64,000 bases of DNA from an uncultured Flavobacterium sp. (GCA_964535705.1 CAZHVE010000001.1:56960-120959), one strand, 5' to 3'. Counted from the first letter of the stretch, positions 34,759 to 45,537 are shown. Made by a program: numbers and translations. Notes: generated by a model not told the origin, from the letters alone.

Positions 34759-35331
34759 ATGAAAAACCTATTTATTTATGCCTTTGGAATATTACTTTTT
34801 TGGAATTGTCAAGGCCAAAACAAACCAAGTAAAACAGATGTAATTATGCAAAAGCAAACCATTTACCAATTTAAAGTAGAAGATTTATCAGGAAAAATAT
34901 TTGATTTTGCTTCTTTGAAAGGAAAGAAAATAATGATTGTAAACACCGCTTCAAAATGTGGCAAAACGCCACAATACAAAGATTTAGAGGCAATTTACAA
35001 ACAGTACAAAAATAAAAACTTTGTAATTGTAGGCTTTCCAGCCAATAATTTTGCCTCTCAAGAACCGGGGACTAATGAAGAAATTGCTTCTTTTTGCCAA
35101 TTGAATTATGGTGTCACTTTCCCGATGATGGCAAAAATATCAGTTAAAGGTAAAGACATCCACGAAGTATATCAATACCTAACCCAAAAATCTAAAAACG
35201 GGCTGGAAGATTCTGAAGTGGGATGGAATTTCCAAAAATATCTTTTGAACGAAAAAGGGGAACTCGAAAAAGTAATTTCTCCGAAAACATTGCCAACAGA
35301 TCCTGAGATTATTGATTGGCTGACAAAATAG
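34759..35331 (+). CDS. Glutathione peroxidase-family protein (Cys type)
   Basis: VNTASKCG, GFPANNF..QEPG, WNFQKYL. Confidence 0.92.
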   Translation: MKNLFIYAFGILLFWNCQGQNKPSKTDVIMQKQTIYQFKVEDLSGKIFDFASLKGKKIMIVNTASKCGKTPQYKDLEAIYKQYKNKNFVIVGFPANNFASQEPGTNEEIASFCQLNYGVTFPMMAKISVKGKDIHEVYQYLTQKSKNGLEDSEVGWNFQKYLLNEKGELEKVISPKTLPTDPEIIDWLTK

Positions 35332-35388
35332 TGTTAATCAACATTTTTGTCTAAAACTATTCGGGGCATTATCAGAAAAAAAAGCTGA

Positions 35389-36204
35389 TTAATGCCCTTT
35401 ATAATTGTCTACCGCTTTTCTTACGCTACCATATTTAGTGAGTAATTCGGATGCTGCTGCATACGAAACAGGAATTTCTCCCATAATCATTTTTACGCCA
35501 CGATCAACGAGTTTACTGTTGCTCAATTGCATGTCGACCATCTTATTTCCTTTCACTTTCCCAAGCTGAATCATGGTGGCTGTCGAAATCATATTGAGTA
35601 CTAATTTCTGAGCCGTTCCTGCTTTCATTCGGGAACTTCCCGTTACAAATTCAGGCCCCACAACCACATCTATTGGAATTTTAGCGGTTTGTGACATTGG
35701 ACTGGCAGCATTACAAGAGATACTTCCAGTAATAATATTATTTTCATTGCAAGCTTTTAACCCTCCAATAACGTAAGGTGTTGTTCCCGAAGCGGCAATC
35801 CCAACGACAACATCATATTCGTTGATGTTGTGTTCTTGCAAATCAATCCAAGCTTGGTTGGCATCGTCTTCGGCATTTTCTACCGCTTTGCGAATGGCCT
35901 TGTCGCCACCAGCAATGATTCCGTTGACTAAGTCAAAAGGAACGCCAAATGTAGGCGGACATTCCGATGCATCAACAACTCCCATACGCCCCGAAGTTCC
36001 TGCGCCAATGTAGAACAATCGTCCTCCCAATTTCATTTTCTCAACGATTTGGGTTACTAAAACCTCGATTTGTGGCAAGGCTTTTTCTACGGCAAAAGGG
36101 ACAGTTTTGTCTTCTTGATTGATATTGGACAGTAATTCCGATACAGACATTTTTTCTAAATGTTCGTATATCGAGGATTGTTCGGTAGTTTTTGTAAAGG
36201 TCAT
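35389..36204 (-). CDS. murQ: N-acetylmuramic acid 6-phosphate etherase
   Basis: GAGTSGRMGVVDASECPPTFG, GPEFVTGSSRMKAGTAQK. Confidence 0.95.
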   Translation of the reverse strand: MTFTKTTEQSSIYEHLEKMSVSELLSNINQEDKTVPFAVEKALPQIEVLVTQIVEKMKLGGRLFYIGAGTSGRMGVVDASECPPTFGVPFDLVNGIIAGGDKAIRKAVENAEDDANQAWIDLQEHNINEYDVVVGIAASGTTPYVIGGLKACNENNIITGSISCNAASPMSQTAKIPIDVVVGPEFVTGSSRMKAGTAQKLVLNMISTATMIQLGKVKGNKMVDMQLSNSKLVDRGVKMIMGEIPVSYAAASELLTKYGSVRKAVDNYKGH

Positions 36205-36214
36205 TTTTAATTTT

Positions 36215-36559
36215 TTAACGTATGCATTCGACATGATTTTCTTTTGCAATAATAAGTCTTGAATTTTCTATTTCAGATTGAATTTTAACCCAATTGTCAT
36301 TAAAATATTGGTGTAATTGTTTCAAAGAACAATTACCTAATTGAAAATAAATTATTTTTGGAGTGTTTTTCGAAACCAAGAAGCGGTTATAAAAATCGGT
36401 GTCTTTTGTTAGTATAATCAACTCGTTTTTCAACGCATAATCCCATATTTCACTATCTGTCATTTGCAAATTAATGTCAGAAACAAAAACATAACGATTG
36501 TCATTAAAAAAGTTGAAATGTTTTGGTAAATTGACATCGACTAAAAATGAACAATTCAT
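36215..36559 (-). CDS. DUF5615 PIN-like toxin (VapC45-like)
   Basis: FLVDVNLP, D.EIW.YA, ILTKDTDF. Confidence 0.85.
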   Translation of the reverse strand: MNCSFLVDVNLPKHFNFFNDNRYVFVSDINLQMTDSEIWDYALKNELIILTKDTDFYNRFLVSKNTPKIIYFQLGNCSLKQLHQYFNDNWVKIQSEIENSRLIIAKENHVECIR

Positions 36560-36561
36560 TA

Positions 36562-36801
36562 TTAACTAGCTAATTGAATGTCATTTTTGTACGAGGAAAG
36601 ATTTTTCAAGGCAAATGCTATACAAGCCTGAATATCTTCTTTTTCAAGAAATGGATAAGCTTCTAAAATGGCTTCCATTGAATCTCCGGCTGATAAATAC
36701 TGTAAAATGGTTTCCACAGTAATTCTCATTCCTCTCACCGTGGGTTTGCCATTGCAAAGGTCAGGTTTTATGGTAATTCTTTCTAAAAGAGTCGCTTCCA
36801 T
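36562..36801 (-). CDS. DUF433 antitoxin-like protein
   Basis: RITIKPDLCNGKPTVRGMRITV...YPFLEKEDIQAC. Confidence 0.92.
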   Translation of the reverse strand: MEATLLERITIKPDLCNGKPTVRGMRITVETILQYLSAGDSMEAILEAYPFLEKEDIQACIAFALKNLSSYKNDIQLAS

Positions 36802-36846
36802 CTTTTTATTGTTTTTACAAATTTAGCAAAATAAATCAATAAAAGC

Positions 36847-37515
36847 CTAAATAAAATACGCCAACACAATTCCAAAAATTATCATCGAAACTTTGGCGAT
36901 ATTGAACTTGTGTCCTTCGCTACTTTCAAAAATAATGGTAGATGAAATATGGAATAGTATCCCAATAACGATGGCGGTAATTTCAGTATAATAGGCATTT
37001 AATTGAGGCAAATAATCTGATACAATTGTACCTAATGGAGTCATAATAGCGAAAGTAATCATAAAAGCAAAAATTGCTTTTTTGTTCAGACTGGAATTGA
37101 TAAAAAAAGTGGTTAAAATGATGGCAATAGGCAAGTGATGAATAGCAATTCCCAACGCTAAGCTGTGAAGATGACTAACGGGAAATCCTTCTAAAAAAGC
37201 ATGAATACATAGACTGATAAAAAGCAGCCATGGGATGTGAAATATTTTATCGTGACCGTGTACATGTCCGTGTTCAGCACCTTTGGAGAAAAACTCCAAT
37301 ATGATTTGGAATAAAATTCCAGTCATTATAAAAAGTCCTATGTTGTGACTGTCACTTTTGTATACGTCCGGCAATAAGTGCATAACAGTTAACGACAGTA
37401 AAAAGGAACCGCTGAAAGCCAATAATAATTTAAGATTGGTTTTGTTTTTCGGTTTCAAAAACAAGGCAATACTATAACCTATCAGGACAGAAAATAAAGG
37501 TAAAAGGTAATTCAT
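36847..37515 (-). CDS. ZIP-family metal transporter
   Basis: HGHVHGH loop, HAFLEG, IAIHHLP. Confidence 0.85.
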   Translation of the reverse strand: MNYLLPLFSVLIGYSIALFLKPKNKTNLKLLLAFSGSFLLSLTVMHLLPDVYKSDSHNIGLFIMTGILFQIILEFFSKGAEHGHVHGHDKIFHIPWLLFISLCIHAFLEGFPVSHLHSLALGIAIHHLPIAIILTTFFINSSLNKKAIFAFMITFAIMTPLGTIVSDYLPQLNAYYTEITAIVIGILFHISSTIIFESSEGHKFNIAKVSMIIFGIVLAYFI

Positions 37516-38279
37516 TACTTGAATATCATGATTAATCGTTCGCTTTCGGTTTTGTGGAATTTTTTCAATTTATAATCTCCAAAAATGTCCAAAAGATAAA
37601 TCCCTGCTTCTTCCATTAATTCTTCAAAATCCTGGAGCGTTAATGCTTTTACTTTTTCGGTAAAATGAAATTTCTCGCCTTGGTCTACAAAATCAATTTC
37701 TTTGTAAATATGGCCTTCACTCACATAGCGTTTGATACGAAAATCAATGTTTTCAACAGTTTTGACTTCTTCTGGAACTAAATTAGTAATGACCTGGTTG
37801 ACGTTCATAAAATCAATAACGGCAAATCCATATTCCGTCAGGCTTTCTTTCATCGCCTTCAAAGTGGTCAGGTTGTCTTCGTCATTTTCGAAATAACCAA
37901 AACTAGTAAACAAATTGAATATGGCATCAAATTTATCTTCAAAAGTTTCCCGCATGTCATGAACCTGAAAATGGAGCGTTTCATTCTGGTTTTTATTGGC
38001 CTCCATAATACTATTTTCGGACAAATCAACACCCACAACTTCATAGCCCAACTGGTTCAAATAAATAGCATGACGCCCTTTGCCACAAGCCAAGTCCAAC
38101 ACTTTTGCTTTCTCAGGAAGATTCAGGTAGTGCGTCAAATTGTCCATAAAAATCTGGGCTTCCCGATAATTTCTTTCTTTATAAAGAATGTGATAATAAG
38201 GAGTGTCGAACCATGAGGCAAACCAATTATGGGTTTTGGGATTTGGGATTTGGGATTTAGGATTGGTCAAATCTGACAT
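37515..38279 (-). CDS. Class I SAM-dependent methyltransferase
   Basis: VLDLACGKGRH, NLFTSFGYF. Confidence 0.9.
   Translation of the reverse strand: MSDLTNPKSQIPNPKTHNWFASWFDTPYYHILYKERNYREAQIFMDNLTHYLNLPEKAKVLDLACGKGRHAIYLNQLGYEVVGVDLSENSIMEANKNQNETLHFQVHDMRETFEDKFDAIFNLFTSFGYFENDEDNLTTLKAMKESLTEYGFAVIDFMNVNQVITNLVPEEVKTVENIDFRIKRYVSEGHIYKEIDFVDQGEKFHFTEKVKALTLQDFEELMEEAGIYLLDIFGDYKLKKFHKTESERLIMIFK
38230..38264. repeat. Heptamer tandem repeat (TGGGATT-like x5) inside the MTase 5' end
   Basis: TGGGTTT TGGGATT TGGGATT TGGGATT TAGGATT encodes NPKSQIPNPKT. Confidence 0.75.
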
Positions 38280-38346
38280 TTATTAATTTGAATTTCAATT
38301 AAAGTGCAAATTTAGACTATTTTTGCACCGAATACGTGATTTTACA

Positions 38347-39522
38347 ATGGAAAATAATTTTAGAATGATTGCCAAAACCTTTTTTGGTTTTGAAGAAATA
38401 CTAGCAAATGAATTGAAAATGCTAGGCGCACAAGACGTCGATCAAGGCGTAAGAATGGTTAGTTTCAAAGGCGATAAAGGTTTTATGTACAAGGCAAATT
38501 TGTCTTTGAGAACCGCTTTAAAAATCTTGAAACCTATTTATTTTTTCAAAGCAAGAGACGAACAAGGGCTGTATAAAGGCATTTCGGGTGTAAACTGGTC
38601 GAAATTCATCAGTGCCAACCAGACTTTTGTAATAGATGCGACTGTCCATTCAGAGTATTTCAACCATTCGGAATTTGTTTCCCAAAAATGTAAAGATGCC
38701 ATCGTGGATCAATTTCGGGAACGAACGGGACAACGTCCAAGTATAGAGAAAATACATCCCGATTTGAGGATTAATATTCATATTGATAAAGACCAAGTTT
38801 CTGTAGCTTTAGACACCTCTGGGAATTCGTTACACCAACGCGGGTACAGAACCGCAACTAATATTGCTCCTATAAATGAAGTTTTGGCTGCAGGAATTCT
38901 GCTCCTCTCCGGCTGGGATGGTCAAAGCGATTTCTTGGATCCCATGTGCGGTTCAGGAACTTTTCTAGCCGAAGCAGTGATGATTGCCTGCAATATTCCG
39001 GCAAACATCAACCGCAAGGAATTTGCTTTCGAAAAATGGAACGATTGGGACAATGATTTGTTTGATCAAATCATGGATTCCCTGATGAAAAAAATCCGGG
39101 AATTTCATTACACCATAAAAGGATACGACAAAGCACCGTCTGCGGTTCAAAAAGCAAAGGACAATATCAAGAATGCTAATTTAGACGAATATATCTCTAT
39201 CGAGGAACGTAACTTTTTTGATACGGAAAAAACATCTCAAGGAAAATTGCACGTAGTTTTTAATCCGCCTTATGATGAGCGATTGGATATTCACATGGAA
39301 GAATTTTACAAAAATATTGGCGACACCTTGAAGAAAAATTATCCGGGTACAAATGCTTGGTTCATTACTGGAAACTTGGAGGCTTTGAAATTTGTTGGAT
39401 TGAAACCCTCCCGGAAAATCAAACTTTTCAACGCCAGCATCGAAGCCCGATTGGTAAAATACGAAATGTACGAGGGAAGCAAGAGAACAAAATTTCAAAC
39501 AGTTGATGACAGTGTTCAATAA
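38347..39522 (+). CDS. THUMP-domain RNA methyltransferase (RlmL-like)
   Basis: LHQRGYR, DPMCGSGT, NPPY. Confidence 0.88.
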   Translation: MENNFRMIAKTFFGFEEILANELKMLGAQDVDQGVRMVSFKGDKGFMYKANLSLRTALKILKPIYFFKARDEQGLYKGISGVNWSKFISANQTFVIDATVHSEYFNHSEFVSQKCKDAIVDQFRERTGQRPSIEKIHPDLRINIHIDKDQVSVALDTSGNSLHQRGYRTATNIAPINEVLAAGILLLSGWDGQSDFLDPMCGSGTFLAEAVMIACNIPANINRKEFAFEKWNDWDNDLFDQIMDSLMKKIREFHYTIKGYDKAPSAVQKAKDNIKNANLDEYISIEERNFFDTEKTSQGKLHVVFNPPYDERLDIHMEEFYKNIGDTLKKNYPGTNAWFITGNLEALKFVGLKPSRKIKLFNASIEARLVKYEMYEGSKRTKFQTVDDSVQ

Positions 39523-39588
39523 TTAGAGTTTGAATTGTAAAAAATAACAACTAGAACCCTACACCCAAAACCTAATACCACTAAAAAC

Positions 39589-39825
39589 ATGACCAAATTA
39601 CAAGTACGAGCATTTCTATACCAACTAGGTTGTTTTGCTATTTTATTTATTTCGTTACAATTTTTGATAGACAAATACACCCAATTATCTGGTTTATGGA
39701 TTCCAATGACGGCTTTTGTTGTGGGAACCATTCTGGCACCGAAGTTTCAAGCTGTTAAAACCAAAGACGGTGAAAAACTATTCATGAAATGGATGTTCGT
39801 AAAAGGAGTAAAGGATATAACATAA
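39589..39825 (+). CDS. Hypothetical small membrane protein
   Basis: 78-aa ORF with two hydrophobic segments. Confidence 0.7.
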   Translation: MTKLQVRAFLYQLGCFAILFISLQFLIDKYTQLSGLWIPMTAFVVGTILAPKFQAVKTKDGEKLFMKWMFVKGVKDIT

Positions 39826-39936
39826 TCATCAATTCCTAATTATTTTTCTGATTATCATTTTGGGTTATAATCTGCGATGTTTGCAATAACAGGATAACTC
39901 TTTTAAATTGCTTATTTTTGTATAAAAAGATACAAA

Positions 39937-41184
39937 ATGCAACATATCATAGACCGTTTTATTAGTTACGTGATTATCGACACTGAATCAGATCCAAATT
40001 CAGAAACCACACCAAGCACAAAAAAACAATGGGACTTAGCCAATAAATTGGTTGAAGAACTGAAATCCATTGGAATGCATGAGGTAACTATAGACAAAAA
40101 CGCCTATATCATGGCCACTTTACCCTCTAATGTTGACCATAAAGTACCCACGATAGGATTTATTTCGCACTTTGACACCACTCCGGATTTTACTGGCGCC
40201 AATATAAAACCACAAATAATCAGTGATTATGATGGCAAAGACATTGTATTAAATGCCAAGCAAAACATCATTTTATCTCCAAAGTATTTCAAGGATCTAT
40301 TACAATACAAAGGGCAAACGTTAATCACCACAGACGGAACCACCCTTCTTGGTGCGGATGACAAAGCTGGAATTACCGAAATTGTGACTGCAATGGAATT
40401 TCTAATACAGAATCCCGAAATCAAACACGGAAAAATTAGAATCGGATTTACCCCGGACGAAGAAATAGGACGTGGAGCCCATCATTTTGATGTAGAAAAA
40501 TTTGGTTGCGATTGGGCTTACACTATGGATGGAAGCCAAGTGGGCGAATTGGAATATGAAAATTTTAATGCGGCTGGAGCCAAAATTACGTTCAAAGGAA
40601 AAAGCGTTCATCCGGGCTATGCCAGAGGAAAAATGATCAATTCAATGCTTATCGCCAATGATTTCATCAATGAGTTGCCCAAAGGTGAAACCCCTCAGGA
40701 AACAAAGGGTTACGAGGGATTTTTCCACGTGCATCATTTAGCAGGAAGTATTGAAGAAACAGTTTTGCAACTCATTATTCGAGATCACAGCAAGAAGAAA
40801 TTCGAAAAACAAAAAGAATTAATCGAAAAAATCACCAAAAAAATCAATAAGAAATTTGCCAAACAGTTTGGCGGGGATATCGTAATTACCGAAATAAAAG
40901 ATCAATACTATAATATGAAAGAAAAGGTTTTACCCGTAAAACATATTGTGGATATTGCCGAAAAAGCGATGAAAGAACTAGGCATTAAACCCCTTATTAA
41001 ACCAATACGAGGTGGAACTGACGGTTCCCAGTTATCTTATAAAGGTTTGCCTTGTCCCAATATTTTTGCGGGGGGTCACAATTTTCATGGAAAATATGAA
41101 TATGTTCCCCTGGAAAGTATGCAAAAAGCGGTTGAAGTAATTGTGAAAATTGCTGAATTGACCGCTAATTTTAATACAAAATAA
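39937..41184 (+). CDS. pepT: Peptidase T
   Basis: [30 protein letters not shown]. Confidence 0.95.
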   Translation: MQHIIDRFISYVIIDTESDPNSETTPSTKKQWDLANKLVEELKSIGMHEVTIDKNAYIMATLPSNVDHKVPTIGFISHFDTTPDFTGANIKPQIISDYDGKDIVLNAKQNIILSPKYFKDLLQYKGQTLITTDGTTLLGADDKAGITEIVTAMEFLIQNPEIKHGKIRIGFTPDEEIGRGAHHFDVEKFGCDWAYTMDGSQVGELEYENFNAAGAKITFKGKSVHPGYARGKMINSMLIANDFINELPKGETPQETKGYEGFFHVHHLAGSIEETVLQLIIRDHSKKKFEKQKELIEKITKKINKKFAKQFGGDIVITEIKDQYYNMKEKVLPVKHIVDIAEKAMKELGIKPLIKPIRGGTDGSQLSYKGLPCPNIFAGGHNFHGKYEYVPLESMQKAVEVIVKIAELTANFNTK

Positions 41185-41341
41185 ATTAACAAAAATTCAA
41201 CAGAATTACAAAAAACCATCACATGAGGGTTTTTTTTTTGAAAAATAATTGATAAAAAACTTAACATTGGCGCATTGATATAATGATTACATTTGTTAAC
41301 AATATATTTACAATTAATTAACATTAAAGATAGAATCTATT

Positions 41342-41770
41342 ATGGAAGAAAAAAAAGAAGAAATTGCAAATGAAATTACTACCAAAAAAGTTGAAGTATT
41401 TACAACGCCAAAAACTAATAAACCTAGAGTAAGCAAAATAACCAAAGATGTAAAAGCCATTGAAATTGCTGTTGTCGAAGAAAACCAACAAGAACCTTTG
41501 ATAGAAGAACTTGATTCTTCAATAGAATTATTAGAAACAAAAAAAGAAAAAAAAGACAAGAAAAAAAACAAGATGAAAGAGAAAGAAAAAGAGAAAGCCA
41601 AAAAGGCTAAAGCGAAAGAAAAAGCTAAGTCTAAAGCAAAAAAGGCAAAAAAAGCTAAGAAGGAAAAAGCCAAAAAAGCAAAAGTAAAAGCGAAGGCGAA
41701 AGAAAAAAAGGCTAAAGCAAAATCAAAAAAAGCAAAGAAAATAAAGAAAAACAAAAGTAAGAAAAAGTAA
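41342..41770 (+). CDS. Lys/Ala-rich histone-H1-like hypothetical protein
   Basis: Acidic N-terminal half, KAKKAK-rich C-terminal half. Confidence 0.65.
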   Translation: MEEKKEEIANEITTKKVEVFTTPKTNKPRVSKITKDVKAIEIAVVEENQQEPLIEELDSSIELLETKKEKKDKKKNKMKEKEKEKAKKAKAKEKAKSKAKKAKKAKKEKAKKAKVKAKAKEKKAKAKSKKAKKIKKNKSKKK

Positions 41771-41792
41771 TTTTTCTAAATTATATTAAAAC

Positions 41793-41832
41793 AAAATTCC
41801 CAACTCTTCTAAAAGAATTGGGGATTTTTTTT
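41793..41832. terminator. Bidirectional terminator
   Basis: AAAATTCCCAA...TTGGGGATTTTTTT between convergent genes. Confidence 0.6.
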
Positions 41833-41850
41833 ATGAATGGAATTTGGTAT

Positions 41851-42126
41851 TTAATCCTTTTTATTAAAAGACGCGCTCATTTCCATAGAAATGGCAGAAC
41901 GCTCCATTTTAAGTTTTCCGGCCATTGTTTCGATAACAACAGTAGTTTCTGAAACTTCAGCTACCTTACCGTGAAGTCCACTTTTTGTGATGATTTTGTC
42001 GCCTACTTTCAAAGCGCTTTCAAATTCTTTTTCAGCTTTTGCCTTCTTCTGTTGCGGTCTGATCATAAAGAAATAGATAACGACGAACATTAATAAAAAC
42101 GGCGCAAATTGAGTTAACTGTTCCAT
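41851..42126 (-). CDS. yajC: Preprotein translocase subunit YajC
   Basis: YFFMIRPQQKK, LKVGDKIITKSGLHGKV. Confidence 0.95.
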   Translation of the reverse strand: MEQLTQFAPFLLMFVVIYFFMIRPQQKKAKAEKEFESALKVGDKIITKSGLHGKVAEVSETTVVIETMAGKLKMERSAISMEMSASFNKKD

Positions 42127-42161
42127 AATTTTGTTTTAATTTTTTTGTTTATAAATTGGTT

Positions 42162-43106
42162 TTACATTAATCCACGACCAACTTTTACAATTCTGTTGCC
42201 GGTCTGTAGTTCTTTTACTAAATTGTCTAAAATTCCGTTGATAAAAATACTACTTTTTGGAGTAGAATATTCTTTGGCAACTTCTAAATATTCATTAAGT
42301 GTAACTTTTACAGGAATTGAAGGGAATTTCAAAAATTCGCAAATCGCCATTTTAAGAATAATAGTGTCAATTTCTGCAATTCGATCACTATCCCAATTTG
42401 GAGTTTTATCCATATATTCTTTTGCAAATTCAGATTCGTTGAGAACTGTCTTTCTGAACAAGTCTTTAACAAAATCCTGATCTTCATTGTCTTTGAATAA
42501 TTTTGGAACCCTAAAATTCCCTTCCTCAATAGGTGTTATGGCTTTCAATTGTTTGATAATATGTGTGTTTACCAAAGGAATATCATCCACCCAAGTCAAT
42601 TTGTCATCTTCTAGATAATCGTATAATTTCTCATTTGGAACAATCACGTCCATAAATAAATCAACAATAAATTCCTTGTCTTCTTCAAATGTATTAATCG
42701 CATTACTCATGTATTTATCATACAATTTGCTTTGCTTGATGTCATTAAGGAGTAGTAAAATATAATCATCGTTTAAAACCCAATTGTTTATTTTACGATT
42801 TTCAAGGGCAATACGAAGTGATTTATTTTCGGTTAATATTTGGAAAATACTGTTCTTAATAAACTTTTCGTTGGGTTTTCGCTCTTGGGCTGTGGCGAGA
42901 TGTTTTTGGCTTGATTTCTGTAAAAAGATAGTTTCTTTTTTACAAATTTCTATCAGGGAGGATATCATCGTAAGGTATAAATCTTGAATGGAGTCTATAC
43001 TATAAAATAAGAATTTTTCTTCTTTTTCTAGATCATCTGACCCATTTTGATGCATCGCATAAATGGACTGCATGACCTTAACGCGAATATGTCTTCTATT
43101 TACCAC
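42162..43106 (-). CDS. nusB: Transcription antitermination factor NusB
   Basis: NRRHIRVKVMQ; VTLNEYLEVAKEYSTPKSSIFINGILD. Confidence 0.93.
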   Translation of the reverse strand: MVNRRHIRVKVMQSIYAMHQNGSDDLEKEEKFLFYSIDSIQDLYLTMISSLIEICKKETIFLQKSSQKHLATAQERKPNEKFIKNSIFQILTENKSLRIALENRKINNWVLNDDYILLLLNDIKQSKLYDKYMSNAINTFEEDKEFIVDLFMDVIVPNEKLYDYLEDDKLTWVDDIPLVNTHIIKQLKAITPIEEGNFRVPKLFKDNEDQDFVKDLFRKTVLNESEFAKEYMDKTPNWDSDRIAEIDTIILKMAICEFLKFPSIPVKVTLNEYLEVAKEYSTPKSSIFINGILDNLVKELQTGNRIVKVGRGLM

Positions 43107-43264
43107 CTTGTAAGAACTTTTATTAATTAGTTGGCAAAAATAAGAATTTCATTTTTTAAAACAGAATTAAAACACAAAAAATAAGGCTATCTTTTTTTGT
43201 CATTAAACATGTATCTTTGAACATTAAAAAAACTACCCGGATTATAGAATTCAACATATAAAAA

Positions 43265-45025
43265 ATGAAAGAATTAGGCTATTTAAATAAGTATTTCATC
43301 AAATATAAATACAGTTTTCTGCTAGGAATTTTTATTACGATAATTGCACAAATATTTTCCCTGTTTACGCCAAAATTAATCAGCAAATCTTTTAAAGTGA
43401 TTGAGGGATTTTCAAAAGATAACACGGTATCGAAATCAATCATTCAGCAAGAATTAATTACAAATATTTCCCTAATAATACTCACCACGATTATCGCTGG
43501 ATTTCTTTCTTTTTTGATGCGACAAACCCTAATCGTGATGTCCCGTCACATTGAATTTGATTTAAAAAATGAAGTTTTTCGCCAATATGAAAACCTTTCC
43601 CAAAATTTCTACAAGCAAAATCGAACAGGCGATTTGATGAATCGCATCAGTGAAGACGTTTCAAAGGTAAGAATGTACGTGGGACCGGCAGTTATGTATA
43701 CCATAAATACTTTTATACGCTTTACCATCGTGATTGTGTACATGTTTAGTGTGTCACCGAAATTAACTTTGTATACTTTACTTCCTTTACCGATTCTATC
43801 GTATACCATATTCAAATTAAGTTCCGAAATCAACAAAAGAAGCACTGTATTTCAACAGTATTTATCCAAAGTTTCGAGTTTTACCCAAGAAATATTTTCG
43901 GGGATTCGGGTGATAAAAGCGTATTCACTTGAAGAGCAACATCAAAACAACATGGTGGAATTGGCTAATGAAAGCAAAAAAAAGAGCATGAATTTGGCTA
44001 AAATTCAGGCTTTATTTGGGCCATTAATGATTGCCTTAATCGGAATAAGCAACTTGGTGGTTATTTATTTTGGTGGATTAATGTACATTCATGGAAGTAT
44101 CAAAAACATTGGTGTCATTGCCGAATTTATTCTATATGTAAATATGCTTACCTGGCCCGTGGCTTCTTTGGGTTGGGTTTCATCCATGGTTCAGGAAGCC
44201 GAAGCTTCCCAAAAACGTATCAATGAGTTTCTAAAAATCGAACCGGAAATACATAATAAAAATCAAGAGAATTCAATTATTGAAGGTGCTATTTCTTTCG
44301 AGAATGTAAGCTACACCTATGCAGACACCCTCATAAAAGCTTTAGAAAATGTATCTTTTAAGGTACATAAGGGAGAAACTCTGGCCATCCTAGGAAAAAC
44401 AGGTTCCGGAAAATCGACTATTGTTTCCCTGATTTCTCGTTTATATGACACAACCGAAGGTCGGATCACCATTGATGAAAAAGAAATTTGCAGCTTAAAC
44501 TTGAATGATTTAAGAAACAGTATCGGGATTGTGCCGCAAGATGCTTTTTTGTTTTCAGATACTGTGAAAAATAACATCAAGTTTGGCAAAGAAAATGCTA
44601 CCGATGAGGAAGTGGAAACTGCCGCAAAAAGTGCCGTAGTTCACGACAATATTATGGGATTCAACAAGCAATACGACACCATTCTTGGCGAAAGGGGTAT
44701 TACACTTTCCGGCGGACAAAAACAACGGGTTTCTATTGCAAGAGCGATTATTAAAAATCCTAAAATTTTACTTTTTGACGATTGTTTGTCAGCTGTGGAT
44801 ACCGAAACCGAAGAAGCAATTTTGAATAATCTACAGGAAATATGCAAAGACAAAACCACAATTATTGTGAGTCATAGGGTTTCTTCAGCAAAAAATGCAG
44901 ACAAAATTATTATTCTTGATGAGGGAAAAATTTTGGAACAAGGTTCTCATAATCAATTGATAAATCTTGAAGGCTACTATGCTGCCTTGTACACAAAACA
45001 ACTTTCTGAAAAAGAATTGGAGTAA
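43265..45025 (+). CDS. ABC transporter permease/ATPase (MdlA/MsbA-like)
   Basis: TMD plus GKTGSGKS, LSGGQKQR, DDCLSAVD. Confidence 0.92.
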   Translation: MKELGYLNKYFIKYKYSFLLGIFITIIAQIFSLFTPKLISKSFKVIEGFSKDNTVSKSIIQQELITNISLIILTTIIAGFLSFLMRQTLIVMSRHIEFDLKNEVFRQYENLSQNFYKQNRTGDLMNRISEDVSKVRMYVGPAVMYTINTFIRFTIVIVYMFSVSPKLTLYTLLPLPILSYTIFKLSSEINKRSTVFQQYLSKVSSFTQEIFSGIRVIKAYSLEEQHQNNMVELANESKKKSMNLAKIQALFGPLMIALIGISNLVVIYFGGLMYIHGSIKNIGVIAEFILYVNMLTWPVASLGWVSSMVQEAEASQKRINEFLKIEPEIHNKNQENSIIEGAISFENVSYTYADTLIKALENVSFKVHKGETLAILGKTGSGKSTIVSLISRLYDTTEGRITIDEKEICSLNLNDLRNSIGIVPQDAFLFSDTVKNNIKFGKENATDEEVETAAKSAVVHDNIMGFNKQYDTILGERGITLSGGQKQRVSIARAIIKNPKILLFDDCLSAVDTETEEAILNNLQEICKDKTTIIVSHRVSSAKNADKIIILDEGKILEQGSHNQLINLEGYYAALYTKQLSEKELE

Positions 45026-45095
45026 TTGTTGTTTAATACAACTATTTTTTAGATTTTTGATTACTGATTAAGTATACTAAATAGACAGAAAGATT

Positions 45096-45476
45096 ATGAG
45101 AGAAAATGATATGTTAGAAAAAGAAGAGATATTTTCGAAGGTTTTACGTGCCGGAAGAAGAACTTATTTCTTTGATGTTAGAGCCACAAAAGCTGATGAT
45201 TACTATATTACTATTACTGAAAGTAAAAAGTTTACGGAAGTAGATGGCTCTTTTCACTTCAAAAAACATAAAATATATTTGTATAAAGAAGATTTTGCCG
45301 CTTTTGCTGAAATTTTAGAAGAATTGACTTCCTATGTTTTGAATCACAAAGGCGAAGAAGTAATTTCTGAAAGACACCAAAAAGATTTCAAAAAAGAGTA
45401 TGAAACCGAAAAATCAGAAGAAGACGAAATACCTTCAACATCAAGTTTTACCGATATTGAATTTGACGATATTTAA
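45096..45476 (+). CDS. PUR-family DNA/RNA-binding protein (DUF3276)
   Basis: RAGRRTYFFDV...ITESKK...KHKIYLYKEDF. Confidence 0.88.
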   Translation: MRENDMLEKEEIFSKVLRAGRRTYFFDVRATKADDYYITITESKKFTEVDGSFHFKKHKIYLYKEDFAAFAEILEELTSYVLNHKGEEVISERHQKDFKKEYETEKSEEDEIPSTSSFTDIEFDDI

Positions 45477-45504
45477 TACAAAAACGAACCAAACCATGCT
45501 AATT

Positions 45505-45537
45505 AAGTCCAAAAAAAACATTTTTGGACTTTTTTTA
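45505..45537 (+). terminator. Intrinsic terminator
   Basis: AAGTCCAAAA...TTTTGGACTT followed by T-tract. Confidence 0.65.

Noticed and set aside
34759..35331. Selenocysteine in the glutathione peroxidase
   Set aside because: The active-site codon is TGT (Cys)
41314..41754. 146-aa Phe/Ala-rich minus-strand ORF
   Set aside because: Antisense shadow of the Lys-rich gene
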